64,000 nucleotides of DNA from Octopus vulgaris. Lineage: Eukaryota. Below, piece by piece: positions 60,076-64,000 of this stretch. The position numbers and the translations under genes are program-made. The notes under the pieces were generated by a model. It was not told the origin of the DNA. It did no database searches and saw nothing but the letters and a program-made list of their open reading frames with translations. The stretch is from NCBI GenBank assembly GCA_951406725.2, contig OX597816.1, forward strand, positions 176,452,001-176,516,000, written 5' to 3'. The first letter of the stretch is position 1; each line of letters begins with the position of its first letter.

Positions 60076-60756
60076 TATCCCCCCACCCACTGCTTGACAA
60101 GCAGTGCTGGTGTGTTTGCATCCCCATAACTTAGTGGTTCAGCAAAAGAGACTGATAGAATAAGTACTATGCTTAAAAAAGAAGTACTGGGGGCAGTTCA
60201 CTAAAAATTCAAGGGGGGGCCCAGCATGTGCCTTTGTGTCTATGTTTGTTCTTTACCACCACTTGACAACTGATGTGTGTTTACATCCCTGTGACTTAGC
60301 AGCTCAGCAAAGAGAGCAATAGAATAAGTACCAGGCTTTAAAAAAAAATAAGTACTGGGGTCATTTCATTCAACTAAAAAAAAATAAAAGGCCTTGCCTC
60401 AGCATGGCCACTGAAACAAGGAAGGAAGATAAAAGAGATTTCTGTAACTCCACCATGTTTTTTTTATCAAAAGTAAATATTCATTGTGATTATTAAAAGT
60501 CAATAGATCTAAGCAGTTGAATCTGAACCCCATTTGATTCTCTTTCTCTTTTTTACTCTTTTACTTGTCTCAGTCATTTGACTGCGGCCATGCTGGAGCA
60601 CCGCCTTTAGTCGAGCAAATCGACCCCGGGACTTATTCTTTGTAAACCCAGTACTTATTCTATCGGTCTATTTTGCTGAACCGCTAAGTGACGGGGACGT
60701 AAACACACCAGCATCAGTTGTTAAGCAATGCTAGGGGGACAAACACAGACACACAA

Positions 60757-60791
<35 letters not shown>

Positions 60792-61324
60792 CATATATAC
60801 GACAGACTTCTTTCAGTTTCCGTCTACCAAATCCACTCACGAGGCATTGGTCGGCCCGGGGCTATAGCAGAAGACACTTGCCCAAGATGCCACGCAGTGG
60901 GACTGAACCCTGAACCATGTGGTTGGTTAGCAAGCTACTTACCACACAGCCACTCAAACTTTTTTTTTATACCAGCCTGCCTGGGCCCCTACTCTTTTGG
61001 TATCACAACACAAAAGCCACCTTGCTTAAATTTGAATGAAACCATCCTTCACAGTTTTATTGAAAATCCTTTCATTCATTTATGTTCCAAATATCAAATT
61101 AATTAAGATATATTTAATAATGTTATTAAATCTTTATAAACACTTGAATATTTCCCAAATCAATTGAAACATTTCTCAAGAATTAAATGGTTGAGTATAA
61201 GATTTAATAGCTCTCAGCAAGTACCTTTCAGCTAAAATCACAACAAATATTTAGAAGTTTGCTCAACTTCCATAATATAAGAATGTTTTCAATTTTTACA
61301 TTAACTAATCATAGTTAGATGCAG

Positions 61325-61524
61325 CACGGATTTTTGTCAGTGAACAGGTCGCGGATTTTAGCGACGAAAATATTTTGACAAATTAAACTTAAATGTTGAA
61401 GTGAATCGAACGGCTTTTGTGTGTTTCTTAAATGGCTTATAAACATCTTCCACGCTGCAATTGTTTTCGTTTCAGCACACGATCTCAGATCAAATTACTT
61501 GCTATGCATGTACATCTCCGTAAT
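61325..61524 (+). mobile_element. ~200-bp hammerhead-bearing short element, copy 2 (G3:C8 hammerhead at 61333-61382)
   Basis: Reverse complement of 28397-28594 with few differences. The ribozyme motif is identical in both copies. Confidence 0.85.
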
Positions 61525-62440
61525 CATAGTTCTCATGATCATAATTTTAAAGATCTTACAAAAAGATCCACAGAGCTGAAGGAAATAAATGGACAAGTAT
61601 ACCATGACAATTTTTTATATTACAAACAAAGGCAAGAATAGAAAAATAGAAAATATTTGACAGTTCAATTAAGAGAGGTTTTATTTTTGTCTTCCAGTTC
61701 AGCTCTGAATGGACCTATGATCAAAGACATTTCAGCACGACCAGGATGTCTTTTACTCTTTCCTTTTCTCAGAGATAATGTATACAGGAATAAATTATCT
61801 AATGTATTCTTCTTTTATTTAAGGGAGTAAGGTGGATTTTCAAAGAAATTTGGCTGCCTTTCCTAGTAAATCGAGTGATCAGGTAGGTGAGTTGGTTTCT
61901 CAGTAAATTAGAGAGCTTTTTTTACTTTAATAAAAGATAAACTAAGGAAAAAAATAATAATGTTTAACCCTTTAGTATTTAAACCGGCCATATCTGGCCA
62001 AAATAGCTAATCTGTTTTATGTTCAAACTGACCAGATCCAGGCTCTCACACCTACCCTACAATGTTATTCTACATTAAGTAATTACACCATCAAGATCTT
62101 GAAGATATGAGATAATGCATGATTAATTCAAATCAATGGGAATCAATAGGCATTATGTTTGATAGAATAATCTGAACACTAAAGGGTTAATAAATATAAT
62201 TTTGCCATAACAACTAGTCGATATGATTTTTTTAATGGCATTATATCAGTTAACAAAGCAACCTCTACATAGCTACTTGGCCTACAAGAAATAGCAGTTA
62301 AATGTCGGTGAAACCAAAGCATGAATTTTAGGAAAGGACACACTGATAATGCACTCCTAAATACACTGAGTCTGAAAACAACCTGGTAAGGTACCAACGA
62401 AAATGCCTTCTATCATAGATCTATTTGATTAGGGCTGACA

Positions 62441-63760
62441 TAGGAGGGTGGGCTGAAAAGTTTATAGGCTGACTATGAAGGAGTGATGCAAGAGCTGTAA
62501 AATTTTGCATTCATTAATTTCAACTCATCTTATTAATAACTGCATTGCCCCCACCCCCACCCCAAAGTAAACTAACATCTCACTGTTTAAAGAACACTTC
62601 AAAAGTAACTAGTAGTGACCTCTCTTGAAAATGGACAAAATTTGGCTGTTATCACCATGTTATCAAGTACCTGCATCATCATCAGTCATCATTGTTCGAC
62701 CGTGGTCGAGACAATGGAATTTACTATGCTATGCCAGACTTCACGGTCCATCATGGCATTACGGAGGTCCTGTTGCTGGATGCCTGTATCCCTGGAGATT
62801 ACATCAGGGTAGGAGAGTGTGCGCCCTCTGGTATTGCGAGTAGATGGCTTCCAGAGGAGGAGAGTAGAAATTACCTCTTTTTCAACTCTACAACAACAAC
62901 AACAAGTACCTGCAGAAAAAGGGCTTAGCCCCCAAAGACATTCATGCTGACATGCTTGCTACATTAGGGGATGATACTCCAGCTTTATCAACAGTGCAAA
63001 AGCGGGCAGCTGAATTTAAGGAGGAGAACAGATAGTCTTGAAGATGACCCCAGGTCTGAATGTCCTGCAACTGCCACCACTGAGGAAAACATTGATCATG
63101 TTCACCACAGACAACTGACTATAAATCCAATAGCCAATGCTATTAGCATGTCCCGTGAGAGAGTTGAGAATATTCTGCACAATGAACTTGCATGATGAAG
63201 GTTTCTGCTTGGTGGGTTCTACTTCTGACACCTGATTAAAAGCACACCATATTGATTACATCACAGCAAAATATGACATTATATGAGGCAGAACCAGCTG
63301 ATTTCCTCGAACATTTCCTAACCCAGGACTAGTGTTGGCTTCATTACTTTGAGCCAGAGACAAAGAGAACAATCCATGCAATGGAAACTGCTACTCCTCG
63401 CCAGCTCCAAAGAACGCCAAGGTTGTTTCATCTACAGGGAAGGTGATGGCCTCAGTTTTTTGGGGATGCAAAAGGCATTGTGCTTATTGACAATCTTTAA
63501 AAGGGCCACACTATGAATGGGGAGTACTATGCCAACTCACTGAGGTAGTTACAAAAGACTATCAAGACTAAATGCCCAGGAAAACTGACAAAAATTGTTT
63601 TTTCATCACAACAATGCTCCAGCACACAAGTCTTTGGTTTCAATTGCTGCTGTGTGTGACTATGGCTTTGAAATGGTTGAAACCCTCCCTATTCCCCAGA
63701 TTTAGCCCTATCTGAACAATCATCCATTCACCAACTTGAAAAAACACTTGGCTGTGAATG
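62441..63760 (+). mobile_element. Degenerate mariner element with a nested RTE fragment (62676-62902, minus strand)
   Basis: Left end TAGGAGGGTGGGCTGAAAAGTT; VIKYLQ|KKGL..SLEDDPRS..HHNNAPAH..PYSPDLALS. Insert flanked by the 12-bp TSD CAAGTACCTGCA (62664-75 and 62903-14). Confidence 0.88.
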
Positions 63761-64000
63761 AAAAAAAAAACACCCAGTACATACCGTAAAGTGGGTTGCA
63801 TTAGGAAGGGCTTCCAGCTATAGAAACCATGTCAAAGCAGACATGGAGCTGACATAGAGCAGGCCTGTAGCTCACCAGATCCTGTCAAACTGTCCAACTT
63901 ATGCCAGCATGGAAAATGGACATGTGATGATGATGATGATGATATTAACCACGACAAACCAATTTCTGAAGAAAATGGGCACAGCCCCTTCCAAATCAAA

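Overview
AT-rich, repeat-dense animal genomic DNA. The SINE, LINE and microsatellite landscape looks like an octopus/coleoid cephalopod, but that is an inference. Positions ~2.5-49.5 kb hold one minus-strand gene encoding an IL-17-receptor-like type I membrane protein. I reconstructed 10 coding exons by hand (49546->2505), all with GT-AG boundaries and consistent phases. They encode an FnIII-like ectodomain, a Ser/Thr stalk, a transmembrane helix, a SEFIR domain and a polyQ tail; the signal-peptide exon was not found. The introns hold RTE and CR1/L2-group LINE fragments, Penelope-like elements (PLEs), tRNA-derived SINEs, Tc1/mariner relics, piggyBac-, hAT- and Helentron-type non-autonomous elements, and very long (TA)n tracts. 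The most unusual signal is about ten minimal type-I hammerhead-ribozyme motifs, mostly in short elements sitting in or beside (TA)n tracts. They include a ~200-bp element present twice with a compensatory G3:C8 catalytic core, and a palindromic element with a hammerhead on each strand. The internal microsatellite of one SINE family appears to seed multi-kb nests of insertions. All folds were paired by eye and are untested.
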